Of a stretch of 57,840 nt of DNA, positions 55,206 through 57,840 are shown piece after piece. The notes beneath the pieces are model-generated. The model saw only the letters and a program-made list of their open reading frames with translations. It was not told the DNA's origin and ran no database searches. The stretch lies in NCBI GenBank assembly GCA_945862225.1, contig CAMAXG010000001.1:1-57840 (forward strand). The letters run 5' to 3'. Position 1 is the stretch's first letter, and every line of letters begins with the position of its first letter. A program made the position numbers and the translations under genes. The stretch is from Thermoflexus hugenholtzii JAD2 (GTDB lineage: Bacteria > Chloroflexota > Limnocylindria > Limnocylindrales > Limnocylindraceae).

Positions 55206-56176
55206 GCTGGTGCACCGCTGGTGATTGAGGTCGTGCGGTATTGCGGCGTAGCGGCAGCCTCCAGGGCGGCTCGCGCAATGGATGCCGCATTGGCACGTAC
55301 CTGGTCGGTTCCGCCAAGTTCAGCGATCTGCAGCGCAACGCGCTCAAGGTCCTCAATCGGCGTGCTCGTTCCACCCGTGATGCCAACGGTGTGGATGTTT
55401 GCAAAGAGGGCTGGATCGGTTAGCGCCTGCGCAGATTCAATCTGCACGGCGCGCGTGCCACTAATCTCACAGAGACGGGTGAGCTCCTTCGTGTTGGCGC
55501 TCCGGGTGCCGCCCACCACGATCATCAGCTGCACCTCGCGGGCAATTGCAATCGTGTCCTCTTGGCGTCGAATCGTGACTGGGCAGACCGTGTTGATCAC
55601 CTTGAGCTCATGGCAACGGGAAACAAGAAAGGCTGCCAGGCGCTCAAACTTCCATGGCGGCTGGGTGGATTGCGTAATCAGGGCCATACGCTTGCGACGC
55701 GGAATGGTTGCCCAATCCTCCTCTTCGTCGACCAAGATGGCGTTTGGGGCAAAGCCAAGCAGGCCGACGACCTCTGGGTGATTTGGCGTGCCGAGGAGAA
55801 CGATCTCGTATCCCTCTTCCACGAGTCGAGCGAGCTCACGATGCTCTTGCGTCACCCAGGTGCAGGTGCCGTCAATCACCTCAAGGCCGCGCTCTGCTGC
55901 GCGGCCGAGCACCTCGGGGGTCACACCATGCGCACGAATGACGACGGCGGTCCCCGACGCGACCTCATCGAGGTGGTCGACATTCTCAATCCCGCGGGCG
56001 CGAAGGTCGGCGATTAGCCCCTCGTTGTGTACGACATGCCCCAGGGTGTGGGTCTCTTTCCCAGAGGCGCGGGCGATCTTGGCCTTATCAATGGCCTCAC
56101 GGACGCCATAGCAGACGCCCGTGCGCTTCGCGATGACGATGTTCTCAACACTTCCCATGCGGGTATTATCGCCCAC
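55202..56176 (-). CDS. ispH: 4-hydroxy-3-methylbut-2-enyl diphosphate reductase
   Basis: GVCYGVREAI, LGHVVHNEGL, DGTCTWVTQEH, NTVCPVT (three Cys ligands). GTG start 7 nt after the plsC stop. Confidence 0.9.
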   Translation of the reverse strand: MGDNTRMGSVENIVIAKRTGVCYGVREAIDKAKIARASGKETHTLGHVVHNEGLIADLRARGIENVDHLDEVASGTAVVIRAHGVTPEVLGRAAERGLEVIDGTCTWVTQEHRELARLVEEGYEIVLLGTPNHPEVVGLLGFAPNAILVDEEEDWATIPRRKRMALITQSTQPPWKFERLAAFLVSRCHELKVINTVCPVTIRRQEDTIAIAREVQLMIVVGGTRSANTKELTRLCEISGTRAVQIESAQALTDPALFANIHTVGITGGTSTPIEDLERVALQIAELGGTDQVRANAASIARAALEAAATPQYRTTSITSGAPA

Positions 56177-56183
56177 CCCGACC

Positions 56184-56834
56184 CTAGGGCCGATTCGCCT
56201 CAGGGAGGAGGGCTGCGACAGCGTCGTGAATGGCGCCGCTCACGGCCGAGAGCTCGGGTCGAGACCCCTCGGCGCGTGGCATCACCACCGGTTCCCCAAT
56301 CGTCAGCGTGACGCGCGGGACGCGACGTGGGATGAGAGAGCCCTTCCGCCAGAGGCCGTCCGTGCCCGTAACCGCGACTGGCAGGACTGGAACACCGCTT
56401 CGCAGCGCCAGGAGGGCGGCCCCATCGCGAAATGGGCGCAGGATGCCGTCTGGTGAGCGTGTCCCCTCTGGGTAGATCCCCAGGATGCGCCCCTCGCTAA
56501 GGATCCGCTCAGCGAGGCGGAATGCCTCGAGGTCGGCAGCACCACGGCGCACCCCAAAGACACCATTCACCCGTAGGAACCAGCCAACCAGCGGCCAGCG
56601 CATCGCCTCCGCCTTCCCCATCCACGTCATTGGGCGGCCGGTCGCTGGGGTGAGCCAGCAGGCGAGGAGGACTGGGTCAACCCACGAGATGTGGTTTGAG
56701 GCGAGTAGCACTGGGCCACTTGCTGGAATGCGATCGAGACCACTCACCACGATCTCGCGAGCCAAACGCTTAATCGCCCAGCGGCCGAATCGCTCCGAGA
56801 GGCGCATGCCGAGCGGGATGCGCTCCGACGTCAT
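56184..56834 (-). CDS. plsC: 1-acyl-sn-glycerol-3-phosphate acyltransferase
   Basis: NHISWVDP (HX4D) and YPEGTRS motifs. Confidence 0.8.
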   Translation of the reverse strand: MTSERIPLGMRLSERFGRWAIKRLAREIVVSGLDRIPASGPVLLASNHISWVDPVLLACWLTPATGRPMTWMGKAEAMRWPLVGWFLRVNGVFGVRRGAADLEAFRLAERILSEGRILGIYPEGTRSPDGILRPFRDGAALLALRSGVPVLPVAVTGTDGLWRKGSLIPRRVPRVTLTIGEPVVMPRAEGSRPELSAVSGAIHDAVAALLPEANRP

Positions 56835-57532
56835 CGTGCGACCCTGCGCGCCTCTGCCACGACCTGCTTGACCACGTCGGTGAGCGCAATCTCATCGGTG
56901 TGAATCGTGATCGCATCCGTCGCCGCAATCAGTGGCGCCACAGGGCGAGCTCGATCCTCTGCATCGCGCGCGATGAGGCTGGCGAGGATCGCTTGGTGCT
57001 CTGCAGAGCCAACCGCATAACCGCGCTGCGTGGCGCGTCGTACTGCTCGTTTCTCCGCTGTCGCGTCAAGGAAAATCTTGCACTCTGCATCTGGGAGTAC
57101 CACCGTGCCGATATCGCGACCAACGAGGACCGCCCCACCACGCGCTGCCACGTTTCGCTGCACCGCACGGAGGGCATCTCGGACACTCGCAATTGATGCG
57201 ACGGCCGGAACGTAGAGTTCAACGTCTGCCGCCTCAAGCTGCGAATCTGCAAGAGGGATGCCGCCAATGACCATGGTGAAAGCTGATCCACTCCCCTGCG
57301 CATCAGTCGAGCGGGCTAACTCTGTAAGGTTGTGCCGCACCTGTTCGTGATTCGTGTCAGCCACCTCCGCCGCCGTGATGGGGGCCGTGAACCAGCCAAG
57401 GTCAATGGCGCGTCGGGTAATTGCGCGATAGAGCAGGCCAGTGTCGAGAAATCCAATCTTGAGCTCTTCCGCTACGAGCCGGCCAACGCTGCTCTTCCCA
57501 CTTGAGGCTGGGCCATCAATGGCGATGCGCAT
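56831..57532 (-). CDS. cmk: Cytidylate kinase
   Basis: IAIDGPASSGKSSV P-loop. Confidence 0.9.
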   Translation of the reverse strand: MRIAIDGPASSGKSSVGRLVAEELKIGFLDTGLLYRAITRRAIDLGWFTAPITAAEVADTNHEQVRHNLTELARSTDAQGSGSAFTMVIGGIPLADSQLEAADVELYVPAVASIASVRDALRAVQRNVAARGGAVLVGRDIGTVVLPDAECKIFLDATAEKRAVRRATQRGYAVGSAEHQAILASLIARDAEDRARPVAPLIAATDAITIHTDEIALTDVVKQVVAEARRVAR

Positions 57533-57840
57533 TATCTGCTCGTGGGTGCGACCGGTCGCGCCTTACTCTTCGGCGCCGCGACGAGTGCGCGGGTGAGCTC
57601 CTGTCGTTCAGATTCGGTGATGAGCCGAAGTTCCCCTGGAGTCAGCCCACCGAGTCGGACCGGCCCATAACCGACGCGAATCAGTCGCAGAACGGGATGG
57701 CTGATTGCGCCGTACAGGCGGCGCACCTCGTGGTGTCGACCCTCTCCGATCGAGATGAAGCTCCACTGACCAGGATCCATGTCGCCACCGCGCACATCTT
57801 CTGGAAGATCGTCATCGCGGTGCACCCCGCGTGCCTCAAT
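57532..57840 (-). CDS. RsuA/RluB-family pseudouridine synthase, C-terminal part (5' end outside the window)
   Basis: The frame is open to the window edge. EGRHHEVRRLYGAISHPVLRLIRVGYGPVRLGGLTPGELRLIT is typical of RluB/RsuA C-termini. TAATG overlap with the cmk start. Confidence 0.75.
   Translation of the reverse strand: MEARGVHRDDDLPEDVRGGDMDPGQWSFISIGEGRHHEVRRLYGAISHPVLRLIRVGYGPVRLGGLTPGELRLITESERQELTRALVAAPKSKARPVAPTSR

Overview
GC-rich, tightly packed chromosomal segment. Many neighbouring genes share 1-4 nt start/stop overlaps, and long spurious antisense ORFs occur throughout. I call about 55 protein genes and 3 tRNAs (Val-GAC, Arg-CCT, Pro-GGG). I recognised no rRNA, CRISPR array, transposase/integrase or defence system. 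Most content is core housekeeping:
- infB-rbfA-nrnA-truB-ribF-rpsO-pnp
- asd-udg-rnj-ftsK-rodZ-like-yajQ-murC-like
- hflX-miaA-rny-recX-recA-tgt-ruvBAC-yebC-tyrS
- a class A PBP
- mutS2-cvpA-pheTS-rplT-rpmI-infC-thrS
- psuK/psuG
- a thiol-disulfide module (Grx-like, CcdA, TlpA)
- dcd-nrdR-mogA
- gpsA-der-ispH-plsC-cmk-rluB

Gene order mixes Firmicutes-like blocks (recA..rny, pheST-cvpA-mutS2) with Actinobacteria-like ones (rnj-ftsK, yebC-ruvCAB, rbfA-nrnA). This suggests a monoderm Terrabacteria lineage, either deep-branching Actinomycetota or Chloroflexota, but I cannot decide without a search.

Items most worth follow-up:
1. The PNPase gene carries an intact DnaQ/epsilon-type DEDDh exonuclease domain nested in the helical linker between its two RNase PH cores (865 aa total).
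2. A DTE-motif, green-tuned, xanthorhodopsin/actinorhodopsin-like proton-pump rhodopsin lies next to tRNA-Pro. It is divergent from a translationally coupled trio: a DUF4332-like protein, a DUF1461/Lit-like membrane protein, and a fusion of two lycopene-cyclase domains to a UbiA prenyltransferase.
3. The 181-nt divergent intergenic region between them holds a dense array of palindromes and TTGCGR repeats.

Smaller oddities:
- an MBL-Rieske fusion protein
- a Gly/Val tandem-repeat linker in FtsK
- tgt lacks any canonical start codon upstream of its conserved N-terminus
- infC starts at ATT
- one NrdR-box-like palindrome upstream of nrdR
- the riboflavin-kinase half of RibF looks degenerate
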